Shown one piece after another: positions 22,391 through 34,702 of a stretch of 50,358 bases of DNA (position 1 is its first letter; each line of letters opens with the position of its first letter). The notes under the pieces were generated by a model that was not told the DNA's origin, ran no database searches, and saw only the letters and a list, made by a program, of their open reading frames with translations. This DNA is from Selaginella moellendorffii (lineage: Eukaryota > Plantae > Lycopodiophyta): NCBI RefSeq assembly GCF_000143415.4, contig NW_003314467.1:11824-62181 (forward strand), given 5' to 3'. The position numbers were made by a program, and so were the translations under genes.

Positions 22391-25300
22391 ATGGCCTTCA
22401 GGGTTGGGGAAAAGGTTTACATTTTGAATGGTGGGAAGAGAGTTGCAAAAAGGACCCTTGTGTCTATGGATCGGAACTTTGTTATACACTGTCAAAGGCT
22501 TGGGGAAGGCAATGCTGCTGTATCAGTAGAGAATGTCTTCGATGGGAATGTGGTCGCTATTGAACGAGGAGAGATGGTCGTCGGGGTAAATGTTGTTGTT
22601 GCCTTGAAAAATCTGCAGAAGAAAGTAGATGTTGGGGACAACACAAGTGCGACGCATGTTCCCTCCGTGGATCTTAAGAACCGTGCTACATGGATTCAGG
22701 CAAAGGTGTTTCTAAACAACCCCGAGGGGGAGGTGGTAGCTGAGGGCTTAGCCACAGTTGTCGATCCAAGAGATGCGGTTGCTAATCAAGAATTGGGCTG
22801 GGATGATATTGGAGTTGCGATTTTAGAGGTTGTTGACACAGAAGAAAATAGTCTAACTATTGGAAGCATTGTGCGGTGGAAATTGAGGCATTTAGTGTTT
22901 GAGAATGTGAAGGATTCACAATCAAACACCACTACAACTGATGACAGAACATCTCTTCATGGGAAAAGAAAGTACACCTTCCTACAGCGCAGCCAAAGGG
23001 ATCTGAGCAACGAACCGAAAAGGCAGAAAATGGCGATGGAGGTTCGAATGGTCTCGACAGTTGCTTGTTGCAAGAGGAGGTGTTGTCAACATGCTGATTG
23101 GGATGCTATTGAAGAGGAGAGAGCAAGATACAAGACATTGTCCTGGAAGGCAGCTCGCAATTTTGTGTATGAGGCATTACGGTCATTTGTTGATGCTTCA
23201 GAACATCAGGTGGGGGGCATGGTCTTCCAGAGGGGTTTGGTCTGCATGAAGGCATGGAGAATCATTTATGGAGTCCCTCGAACCACATTCTACAGAATCA
23301 AAACTGAGTTCGAGGAACAAAGGGTTCAACAGGCAGTCCATGGGAACGACGGTACGCACAAAACCAGGGGTCATGTTGTATATGGAGAGGCAATCTTCAA
23401 GAGGTTTGTCGAGACATGTAGCGAGCAGCAACCACATAAAACCCGCCTCTTGGAAGATGGAACACGAGACACCCAACGAGTTCTACCTTCCATGTATACC
23501 AAGGGGGCCATATTGGAAGATGTGAATCGGGAACTCCAGAGTAATGGCTACAGGAAGCTGAGCCAATCTAGATTTAGTAGATTGTGGAGCAACAGGTTCA
23601 GGGATGTGAGTATAGGAAAGTACTCCAGCTTTTCAAAGTGTGACGAGTGCACTGCTATCAAAATGGCTTTGTCGAAGAATTCTTGCAGCGCTCAAGAGCG
23701 AGAGACGTTGGTTAGAATGCGGCTCAACCACAACATCGAGCAGAGAAGCTGCAGGACTGCATATTATCATAACAGGATTCTCTCCATGGAGAGACCTGAC
23801 TCTTACCTCTGCATCATCCACGACAAAATGGACCAGAAAAAGACGTGCTTACCTCGACTCAATCCTGCTCCCAAGGCAATCTCTTCATCGATGCAGCTGC
23901 CTGTGTCTCTGTTTGGCATAATCGCTCATGGGCATGGTGCCCAGAACTATGGGAACTTCTTTGTACCTCTATGGGGTGGCGGGGGTGCAAACATGATGAT
24001 TGCGTCCCTAGCAAAACACTTAAGGTCTCTGCAAAGTGCGCAGACTGAGCTGAACGGCCAACCCTTGCATAAGGCCCTTGTCGATCGAACCCCATACAGG
24101 GTTCAGCTGGAGGAGGAGCAAAGGCTTGCAGTATCGCGTGGGGCCCCATGCCATCCCAGTGAATATGTTGGCCGTCAGATTGTAGGGTTATCACGTGAGG
24201 CCTCATGCCATTCCGACGAGGCTGGTCGCCCGGTGAATGCACAGCCTCATCCAAATGAAGCAGAATCTCAAGGAAGTTCTTGCGGCCGATGTGGCCTTCC
24301 ACCCCATCTTCTGCTCCAAACAGACAATGCTGGCAGTGAGAACAAAAACATGTACGTCTTCGCGTACTTGGCGATGCTTGTTGCCAAAGGCATATTTGAA
24401 ACGGTTACACTTGGCTTTCTCATGGTTGGGCACACTCATGAAGACGTCGATGCCATGTTCAGTCACCTGGCAGAGTCCCTCCAGCGATCCAATGTCCTCA
24501 CCCTCCCACAACTCTACGATGAATTCCAAAATTGCATCAAAGGCACTGTTGAAGCTGCACTTGTGACAGAGGTTCCAGACTTTAAGGGGTTTGTAAGAGG
24601 CTACATCAGGGACGGATCCGAAACGCTGATTGGCCACTCCAAGCCTCTTCAGTTTCATTTCAGCATGCGTGACGGTGCTCTAGTGATGAGGTACAAGATG
24701 AGAGAATGGGACACAGTGTGGCTCCCAGTGGATGGCATTGAACTCTTCAAGAGAGATCCCATAACTGGGGAACCTATGATTCCTCAGGGTTCCCCACAGC
24801 CGATGCACCCGGATGGACTCAAAGACCAGGAAAGTATAGTGGCCGGGATTAGACAGCATATTGCCTTCTGGAAGAGGGGGTTGGTGTTTGGTATAGAATC
24901 CTATTTTAAGAGGTGCAAGCCTTTGCTCAAATACTGGGAGAAGATTATATTTGCTATCCAAAATGGGCCGGTTGTATATGAAGAATTGGAAGAGTCCTTT
25001 TGGCCAGAACCCAGAGCACCAGATAGTAGCGGAACAATGTCCTCTGGAAATGCAGTGACAGATAATGATGTTGAGGATCACTATTGTGGGCCGAGGAACA
25101 AGAAGCCGGATTCAGCATTCAATCCAGTACAGGTCTGCAAAGGAATGGTCGTGCTTGTCAGACCCAGTAATAAAAAACAAATGATATGGGTGGGGCACTG
25201 CATCACTGATGCAGAGGAGGACGCGGAAACTAACTCCTTCAATGTAACTGTGGAGTGGTTCAAGCCAAGTTCCGGATATACGAAGGATTGCCTAGAAAAG

Positions 25301-25532
25301 AGATGGGTGCTGAATCCAAGGGATCCCAGCATGAGCATATCGGTGGATAATGTTGTGCATGGTTGGATGCGGAAGCAGAGTGCCACCATCACCTTGCCAG
25401 ACCATGCAAGAGATGCAGCAAGAGCATTCATAACCCGAGTTCAAGGTGAGATTCATTAATATTCCTTTAGTAAGTTTCTAATGTATTTTATTTCAAGGTG
25501 AACAATCCGAATCTGAATCAGAGGAGGCTTGA
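22391..25532 (+). CDS. Putative DDE/D transposase (Sola-like/DUF7869-type), ~1,030 aa, apparently intact
   Basis: 1022-aa ORF with CCKRRCC, VCMKAWRIIYGV, HGN, FSKCDEC, IIHDKMDQ, LLQTDNAGSENKN, FLMVGHTHEDVDAMFS; two N-terminal Tnp1/EnSpm-like (DUF8039-like) repeats; C-terminal BAH/Tudor-like beta domain; likely intron 25446-25497 and last exon GEQSESESEEA* to 25532; lies between TIRs. Confidence 0.85.
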
Positions 25533-25747
25533 TATAGTGTGTGAGGTAAAACAAAGATGATGTGACATATGCATTTACCAATCACACGTGCATAAATCTA
25601 ATAATATGGCATGTGGCCCATATTAATGGCACATAAACCCATATTGTGGGCTTACGTGCTTTATGTACCATCATTCCCTTGCAGTGTGTGTGTTGGTTTC
25701 CTTTTATAACACAACGAACTCCATATTTTAGGGTGAAGAGCGTTCTC

Positions 25748-25988
25748 ATGGCAAGCACAAAATCTGTAAGTGAGGTAGAAAAGGAGACGGAGAAGGAGAT
25801 AGGTGAAGATGTAGAATATATAAGTCTTCNNNNNNNNNNNNNNNNNNNNNNNNNNNNNNNNNNNNNNNNNNNNNNNNNNNNNNNNNNNNNNNNNNNNNNN
25901 NNNNNNNNNNNNNNNNNNNNNNNNNNNNNNNNNNNNACAACTGACCCGGAGAAGGATGATAGTACCACTGAGAGTACCAAAAAGGAGG
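25748..25988 (+). other. Short acidic exon-like sequence interrupted by an assembly gap (possible third gene of the transposon)
   Basis: MASTKSVSEVEKETEKEIGEDVEYISL...TTDPEKDDSTTESTKKE followed by a GT donor and a palindrome-containing intron-like stretch. Confidence 0.3.
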
Positions 25989-26641
25989 TGTCCACTAGCG
26001 CTTAGGCTTATAATGGCGTGTGCCCTCATGCCATTTACTTGATCACCAAATACCTTTTTCCCTTTGCACTAGTATATCTTAATACCGGTCTGAGAAATAG
26101 AATGGCATGTGCCCTCAGGCCTTTTACTAAATCACCTTTGAAAGAAATGCAAGCCTCTATGTCGTAAAAAAAAGGTACTAGAGAAATTCCTTAATAATAT
26201 GAATGTTATTTAGTTTCATGAAAATACACTAAGGGTCAAATGAGTTAAATGACTTCTCCAGACTAGCAATGCCTCTTGCTACACCTTCACAATTAGATTC
26301 GTTAGAAAAAGATAACATTGAATAATATCTAAATGTTCTCACCATTAAGTTATATGTCTAGCTAATAGGAATGACGTTCATCTTGGAAAGCTCACCACAC
26401 GCTCAATGAACAAACAAATAGTGTGTGCGCGCATGCCATCGCTCTTCTTTAGCTTCAGATTCGGCTTGTTCACCTTGACAATGAGATTTATTATACAACC
26501 AGATGGACTCAGTCTGGACACAAAGTCACCGCGCTAGTCACCATGCCCCAGATATGTCTAGCCCCTGGACAAAAAACATATAATTTCACGTCATTTTCAA
26601 ATACTTGAAAATTTGTACCTAGTCCCATTTTACTGAATAAA

Positions 26642-26665
26642 TCCCACTTTAACGAAATAGAGCTT
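26642..26665 (-). repeat. Right terminal inverted repeat (24 bp)
   Basis: TCCCACTTTAACGAAATAGAGCTT followed by the TSD TGAA. Confidence 0.96.
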
Positions 26666-29600
26666 TGAATTGAAAAGAAGATATTTGTGAAACTTTGAAT
26701 TAGAGCATTTAATAATTATATTGTCCTCTCCATATTTATAGCTATTTACTGTGCCTAAATCCTAGAAATAAGTTTAAGATTATAATATTAAATCGATATA
26801 ATATAACAAGTGTAATAATCAAACTATATCTTGCTCATAGTTGATGAAAACATTTAAGTGTTTAATATAAAGTACTGTATCTCTATAAAATATTATTAAT
26901 CTTATAAATATAATATAATATATTATTTATTTATATATTAGTTTATTAATATTTGATAAAATTTACTTATTAATTATTTTAATTTGTTTATTCATTGTTA
27001 TAGATGAATTGAAAAGTTTTTTTAAAAAATTTTTAGCTACCTTTATAAGTTGATTTCTTTATGAACATTAAATCCTTGTACATCTATATGTTATGTAACC
27101 ATAAAAATCCTAAGATGTACTCTTCCCAAAATATGCAAAAATCTCAATGATAAAGAAAAATATTTAACCTACATTTATATGCTTTCAAGTCTTGTAAATG
27201 AGTTTTCAAAATACATGGCATTGCTTAATAAATTACAATGTTCAATCTTCTTGTTTTGAAGAATAATTTTGAAGTTCTTTGGCAGATAGAAGTACAAATC
27301 TGAAGCATATATCTGCAAATTCATGCGGATGAGTGTAAATCAGAAGAATGCACATTCTTGCATACCCTCAGAGATGTTCTGTAAAGGGAAAAATGTTTTG
27401 CATTGGGGTATTTTTTTGCTATTTCACTTGAAATTTAAAATATGGCACAGAATCTAAAATAGAGCAGGGACATGACTCCTAATTTGGATGTTCTTGAAGG
27501 TAGTCAACAAAATAAATCATCAATGATATAAAATGTATGTGAGAATCAAATTCAAAATCCAGTTCCAAATCTCTCTGAAAATCCTTGACATTACACTTTT
27601 ATACACTACATCACATTAGTAAACACACTACTTTTGTCAGTAGTATATCTGGATTGATAAACCGATGTTACATGGATTGTTGTTCAAGAAAAATGGAATT
27701 TGGTGGAATAGGAGTTCTTTTACAGATGCTTGTTCAAGTTCCTGGAAAGCAAAAGAAATGGTTATTTCAGCTCTAGACATAATAAAAAAAGCCTTGTATC
27801 GTTTGTGGCTTTCAGTACAGAATCAGGAACTGAAAATAAAAAGTGGCATGAAACTGTTTTTTGTCAAGAGTCTTTGAATTCATGTATTTAAATTAACTGC
27901 TTGATAGAGTACTCATGTATTTATGTGTGCAGATGAAGATCAAAAGCTTGAAAATGAACGTTATCTATTTAGAGTACACTATATATCTAAAACTTATCTC
28001 ATACCAGATTATGTCTACTACGAAACACTGGTTTAGTTTGTCATCTTAACCTGTGCTAAGCATCACATTCTATGAGATTTTTTATTGCATTGAAAACTGT
28101 TTGCTAAACATTCAATTAAGTTTACTGGAACACTGCTTGATTCTTATTATAATGAGGCTTATAACATTAACTTTGGCCAATCCTTCTAAACAATAGACTA
28201 TGGCCGGTTTAGTAAAAGGGTGATAAAACGTGTGTGGTTGTAAAACTTAGTTCTCATGAGATTCTTACAACTTCTGATTTTCCACAATGGTATCATGTGG
28301 AGCATGGTCAGTTTCTTTGTATTGTTTTGCCAAGATGAAACTTAACCTTTGTTTCTTCAATTAGAATATGATGGGTCGCGGCTGAGTAAGAGCTCGCAAT
28401 GAGCTTACTTTTTTACTAATCCTCTTAATTGATTCTTCAACTTTTCTCTTTTAGCTTGAGCTTCCAAACACATTCACTCTACCTAAAGTTCATTTTAAGA
28501 AGATGTAACATAAGGAACAGTTCTACCCCCTCCTTATTCTTCATGAGGGACAAGGTCATTACTCGTTGAGTTTCAAGCTGATCAGTAATTGACTCCAAAT
28601 CTTGGAACAACTCGTTTTCCTTGTTTTTTCTTCCCTCAACAAGTCTGCTGTAGCCATCTGTTGATTTGATGAAATTAATATATGAGGAGACTAAAACCAT
28701 CTTCTAAAAGATTTTGATGTTTCTCTGTCATTACCATGATCTGAGAAAATTCAGATGACTTTTGAACTGCTTAAAGCCTGCCTTTTACTCTGTCAATGGT
28801 GCTTGTAAGACTTTGATTTTGGATTCGAATATGGTGTTTCTTAGATGATTCTTGTTCTAATGTCTTAGAAAAGATTCTTTTGTCCTCTTCAAAAATTTGA
28901 CAGACATCCAATTTAACAGCTAAACCTGTCCTCGAGGTGTTGTTTTGCAGCACTGGTAGTGCTCACAGCATTTGTCAACCCTGTAGTTTGTTCACACATT
29001 CTTGCATTCGAATCTCTTGCTGCCTGTGCAATTTCTGAAGCTCAATTTCACAGGCCTGTGCCTACACTTCCACATTGGAGCCACTTAGCATGCATGAAAA
29101 TAAGTTGAGTTAAACTTTGTCCAAACTATTCCTAACAGCAGCTTCGATCTTAGCAGAAGCTTCCTCTAACCATGTGTTCCTGTAGAAATCAATGAGTCAA
29201 ATGATAAACAAAAGCAACAGAGAGAATACACCTGCTTCTGAAAGTTTTCATGTTTTGCCTTTGTGCTTCGCAAATCTTCCTCAGCTTGCTTGAGCTGTAT
29301 AAATAGGAATGACATCTGTCATATGTAACGTTAAAAACAATAACCTTTAAGTGATGTTCTTGTCAGGAATTGAAGGAGCAAAATCCTTGAGGATCAACGC
29401 ATTAGTTTTGGCAGGGTTGGCAACCACCAATTCCAAATTCCAAATGCTGATACGTTTTCTATTTATATGTTACCTTCAAGTCCTTGGCAGCACACTTTTC
29501 AAGAGCAGAAGCTTGAGACTTATAGATGGAGATAGGCTATGATTGATGAGAGCAGTGAACCTCATGGCATGGTGAAATGCTAAACTACATAGGTGCTTCT

Positions 29601-29755
29601 GGAAAAATGCTTTGAAAAAACTGGTTTACCCTAAAAAATAAAAACGTTCCACTCTCAACTGTTTTTTTTTTCATGTGTCTTTATCTCCACCATTAAGCTC
29701 GAAAAGAATCTCAATTGAATATGTCGCCCTTACTCTTTTAAATATAGAAGGATGA

Positions 29756-31850
29756 CCAGTAGGGAATCCAGCTTCGTTGGGATATATAGGACATCTGTTA
29801 CATTGGTGACATGAATCCTAGAGAATTTCTTTATACACAATGTTTTTCATATAGACATTATGGTTCTGGAGCACACCTTGTCCTTCACATTATTCGATAA
29901 ACATTGTAATTTGTTTCTTTAATGTTCCCCTTGAACGTGCAACATAAAGTTGACCGTGGCCAAAAACTGGTCTTGGCAAGTAGATACCCACATTCTGTAA
30001 TGTTTGTCCCTGAGATTTGCAAATTGTTATGGAGAACGCAAGCCTTATTGGGAATTGTTGTCATTTGAGGATAAATGGCATGTCTCTGTTAGTTGGTTTT
30101 AAAGAGATTCTTGGTAGGAGGACTTTTTTTCCTTGCATACCATTATGTAGAATCTCAACTTCTATGACATTTGGTAGTGCCCTGGTTATAATTAGTTTAG
30201 TGCCATTACAGAGGCCTTTTTTTAATGTCAATGTTGCATAACAACATTACGATACATCCGATTTTTATTTGTAGCTTGTGTGGAGGCATTCCAGATGGTG
30301 TTACTGAGTTTAAGAATTCTATAGGATAGTCCAACATCTCTTCTTCCGATCATATTGGTGAGGATTTCATGCTGTTTTGGACAATTTGTGTGCGACAGGT
30401 TCTTTTTAGAACTAATGTGATGCCACTGAATTCTGTATCACAGTTTTTAATGTCATGCAAGACCCTCTTGACAGCTTTAAAAGTGTGAATGGGTACCATG
30501 CTTATTTCATCCCATATGGGCAGGTCAGCTTTTCTTATGACCTCAGCAGGTGCTGAATTCTCTCGTAGGTCCAAGATGCACGTTTCTGTGATTGTACCAG
30601 AAGCTTAAATGTTGAATAAGCCGTTCAGATAAGAAGAGTATAAGAAGAGTACTTGCTATTCTTGTCCACGTGACTGCTAAGACTTTCATGCCATAAGCAG
30701 TGACATATTTTATCAGTGTGTTAAAAAGGTATGATTTCCCCGTGCCTCCCACACCATCAACAAAGAATAATCTGCTTGTTTCTTTTTTGTTTTGTATTGC
30801 ATTTAAAACATTGTTAAATATGTGAAGCTGTTCCATGTTCAATCTGGTTTTTAGTAATTCAGCTTCATCATGTGTGCATGGCACACATCTTGTTTCAATT
30901 GTTGTTTCATTATCTCCTATAAACTCTAGATCTGGTAACTTGTAGTCGGACAGTTTCTTGCCATGTTCCTAGAGTAATATTGACATTTCATGCAATCCAT
31001 GTTACATTGCTGCTTCATAGTTGTGATTTCAGACCAAGTCTTCACACATGCCTTCTTTGAATTTATCCCATAGGTTTTTGGGATCAATGAGCTCACAAAA
31101 CAAACACATGACACTGAATAGATACCTTACTTTTGCAGGCATCTGAAATGTCAACGACTCTTCTAAAAATTTCTCCCACTCATAATCATCCTGTAAAAGT
31201 CCCATTTCTTATTCGGTAGAACAGTATGTGTCATATGCAACACCGTTTAATACCTTTAAATCACTAAAACTTGTAGCACCTTTTTCGTAGAGCAGGAACA
31301 AACGTAGGTAGAAATGTTGAGAGTCATGCGGTGATACAGTGTACATTCTATCAACCACCTTGAATGCACGTTGGCATGGTGTCCACTTTCTGTTTCTTGA
31401 ATTCCATGTATACCACTCAGGAATCTTGTGGTACAAGAGTGTCCTTGCAAATTCATCAATCTTGTTTAGTTCAAACCATCTGTCAGTTTGGTTTTATGGC
31501 TTCTTTGTAATGCAATCTCTTCCTCACCATCATTGAAATAAATATTTTCAAGGTTTTCTAGGTGGATATCCAGTCTCTCAATAGAATGTGATCTCCCATG
31601 TAAGTCATATCCATAGATCCTCCATATTCCTTCTGATGTGGAGACATAGCGGCAGTTTCTAAAAGCCTTTATTTCGTCCCAGTCTAGTACTTGTTCAGGT
31701 GTTGAGTTCTCATCCCTTCGAAGGTGTACCTCTGACAATCATGTCCCTTGTATATGTATTTGAAATATATACTTGACACTTTTTACAGTGGAACACACCT
31801 CGACATTTATGTGTGCTCTATATTTACTCACTCCTTGAGAGGAATAATGA
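29756..31850 (-). mobile_element. Helitron remnant A: Rep C-terminal region + PIF1-like helicase pseudogene with 3' terminus
   Basis: [72 protein letters not shown]; 3' end CTGG|T at 29756-29759 with hairpin at 29767-29781. Confidence 0.92.
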
Positions 31851-33841
31851 ATCTTAGTTCCACAATTTGCATAGATTATCCAGTTTAGACTATTAAGAAT
31901 CAAGAACAGACCTAAAGTATTTTCTCTTGCACAAGAGTGATTTTAGCATATCATTTATGGATAAGGGAAATAGCCATATATGTTCCATTTGAGTGATAAA
32001 GTAACAAACTCTGGTAAGTGCTTCTCTATTGTTTTCTTTTGATTTTTTCTTTGTTTTATCTATGTAAATTTAGCAGTGTGAGTTATAAAAGACACAATCT
32101 AAATCAGCTCGGTAGATGAGTTTCAAGAATTTTACTCTTAGCAAAGATGGTGCATTCTGTGTTGCAAAACTTTTTTAGAAGAATCTAATACTACCCGTAG
32201 AAATTAAAAGAAAAGTTCATTGGCATTCATACAGGTGCTAGGCCTTCTCTGTGACAACGACCAAAGCATCTCTTAGCATTAGGAAGGATATCTTTTCTGC
32301 AAATAGAAGAAATGGTTTTCACCGAATTCACATTCAGATTCAGGTTTTATTTGATCAGTGCATATCTTTGTCTGATTACACCGTGATCCATCTCTCCTTG
32401 GGACAATGCAGAGTGTATCATTGTCACAATATCTATAGAAACCGTTGGACCAATAACACTGCATTGCCATACTCAAAATTTAATTTAATTTTGAAATTTA
32501 CACTCATCCAACTTAACATCTTTGTGAAGTGTGTGTTTATCATTTTCTTCTTTAATCTCTCTTTTATAGATGGCCTTCATTGTCTTCAGTCTTTATTAGT
32601 TTATTTCCTTGTCATATTTTGTTATGCTAGATAATCAAATTTTTTCCAATTCTGAAGATGTAACAATAATAAGTATAAATAAGATAAGAAAGAGATGAAT
32701 AGAGTAAAAAATTACTGTTTCTTCAAGCTCCTAAGTTTGAAAAACCCCTACTTGTAACTGTGACTCCATTATGAAAGGGGTGTATGACTGTAATAATGGT
32801 CTTGTGCTGGATGATGTTTTTGCACAAAGAATGCTTGTTTCCGTGTCTTGTATGCTAGAAGTTGATGTTGTGTAATCCAGATACACAAAAATCAAGTGTA
32901 AGCCTTTGTTTATACAGGTTTCAATTGATTGTAATTCAGCAGAGCAATATTTCTATCTACCAAGTAGAGAAATGGGAACTATTGCAAAGCATTGTTGAAG
33001 AGTTGTAATATTTAAAAATAATGGTGCAAAAGCCAGTGCTACTTTGTCAAAGCTAAGAAATTGGTTCCCATTCAACAAAGTTTGCTACTTGGTTTTGCCT
33101 TTAAAGCAGGAGCTGGTGTGCCAAATCCAAAGCCTTCACACTCACCCGAGGAGAGGAACTATGTCGTGTGGTCTGTTGCACAGGTGGAGCTTGTCCATAC
33201 GTACATGGACTTCCTCTTCCATGGGGGCTGCTATCTGGTTCGGCTGGATGAGCTGTATTATTTGGATTTATTTAGTTTATTTTTTGAAAATTTGAAATTT
33301 GTTTTCTACCATCATTCTAATTAAATATAAGAGGACTTTAGACGGGGAATCTATTTTTTAATATTTATAAAACACGATGTTACTCCTTTTTCTCAATCTC
33401 ATTTTAATATTTGTCATGATCATTGAATAGCCCACCACTTGATAAAACTTATCATTCTGTTCAGCTGTTGAATCTGTAATAATAACAAATACAGCTCAAA
33501 AAATACAAAATCATCTAAGAGGGATTAGAGGAAGATCAAGTACATTCTTTTGGGTTTTCAGCAATTGCCATTTTTAGATGTGCCTCCGCTCTGAAATGGA
33601 AATTTAAAGTCAGTAATAGATACAATTCATACGAACTTCAGTGATAGTTCCCTCAATGTAGCTAGTTTAGGGAAGTTATGTACTGGTTGAGCATCTTTCA
33701 ATGTGGAGGTGATCTGAGTGTCTGGTTTTTTATTTGATAGAAACTCTACCATTTGTGATTTTACATTCTGGAATTCATCCGGTTTTGAGTTAGCTTATAT
33801 TTAATTTATGTTTCTCGCAAATTTACACCAAATTTACACCA

Positions 33842-34702
33842 AGTACAATCCCACGAGCACCAGCTCCCCGTATCCAGCACCTACATGCAAAATGGTGTCA
33901 GATGGAGTCTGGCACAATTTTGGCATACTGGTGGCCTAACGCGAGGAGGAGGGTACTCCACCGACTAGAGCAGCATGGAGCTTGGGCTTAGACCCAAGCC
34001 AGACACAGAACAAGGAGCAACACAGCCCAGCGGGAGCCAAACTAATGTCTCAGGTGGTCAGACATGCATTCCAACCACTATCCCTACTATACATTTGGAA
34101 CCCCCCACAGCCCCCCCCCCCCCCCTTGAGGGACACACGCTTTGGGCTTTCACCCAAAGCCTTCCTTAGTACCAGGAGTTAGTCTCTGGGACAAGTCCGA
34201 AACTTACTAAATATGGAATGGCGCTAGATTGCAACTTGGACACGGGACGAACACCATTGTGTTCATGCCAATCTCTACATTCCGTAGATATGCCAAATGA
34301 GCAAATCTAGACACTTTCCATAAATAGCACATGGGACCGAAATGAGACTAACGCAAAGGATATGATAGCGAGGGTGTTTGGCAGACACAGTAAGCTATCA
34401 TTTAGCGAATATTGAGGGACTAGTCTCAATATTGCGGGGGTTCTTGATACTAGCAAGTGCAAGTCAATGACACGAGTTTCTCAAACCGGGCCGAGTATGC
34501 TCAACAAAAAACACATAGGGTTCCTACCTTATGTTTATCCAATTTAAGTGCAAGGTCATTGACTAATTTCTCAACTAGCTCAAGTGGGAATGATAAAGGG
34601 AACCAACTGTACCGATCTTCTGCCGTCATGGTAGTAAGGAAAGAGTGCCCGTAAGGACTGGTCAACAAGTATCTTTCAATACCCGAAGTCACATTCGCGA
34701 CA
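33842..34702 (-). repeat. 3' LTR of Gypsy element 2 (missing ~60 bp at its left end)
   Basis: Aligns to 39805-40646; ends in GCGACA. Confidence 0.9.

Larger units (their letters stand above)
13888..26439. repeat. Dispersed family of ~24 copies of a 22-bp palindrome, consensus ATGGCRTGWGGCCWCAYGCCAT
   Basis: Copies start at 13888, 14179, 15256, 15331, 16548, 16739, 16880, 18379, 19656, 19716, 19793, 20499, 20578, 21441, 21513, 22128, 22226, 22296, 24133, 24190, 25606, 26013, 26102, 26418 (some degenerate); none noticed outside the TIRs. Confidence 0.92.
13794..26665. mobile_element. 12.9-kb TIR DNA transposon, Sola-like (DUF7869-type transposase), carrying a large accessory gene
   Basis: Perfect 24-bp TIRs AAGCTCTATTTCGTTAAAGTGGGA; 4-bp TSD TGAA (13790-13793, 26666-26669), confirmed by the empty-site homolog ...ACTGAATTGAAA at ~48357-48368. 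Boundaries are firm; the superfamily assignment is tentative. Confidence 0.92.

Noticed and set aside
13888-26439. Palindrome family as a CRISPR array
   Set aside because: Spacing is irregular (60 bp to >1.8 kb), copies sit in introns and exons, there are no cas-like ORFs, and the context is eukaryotic.
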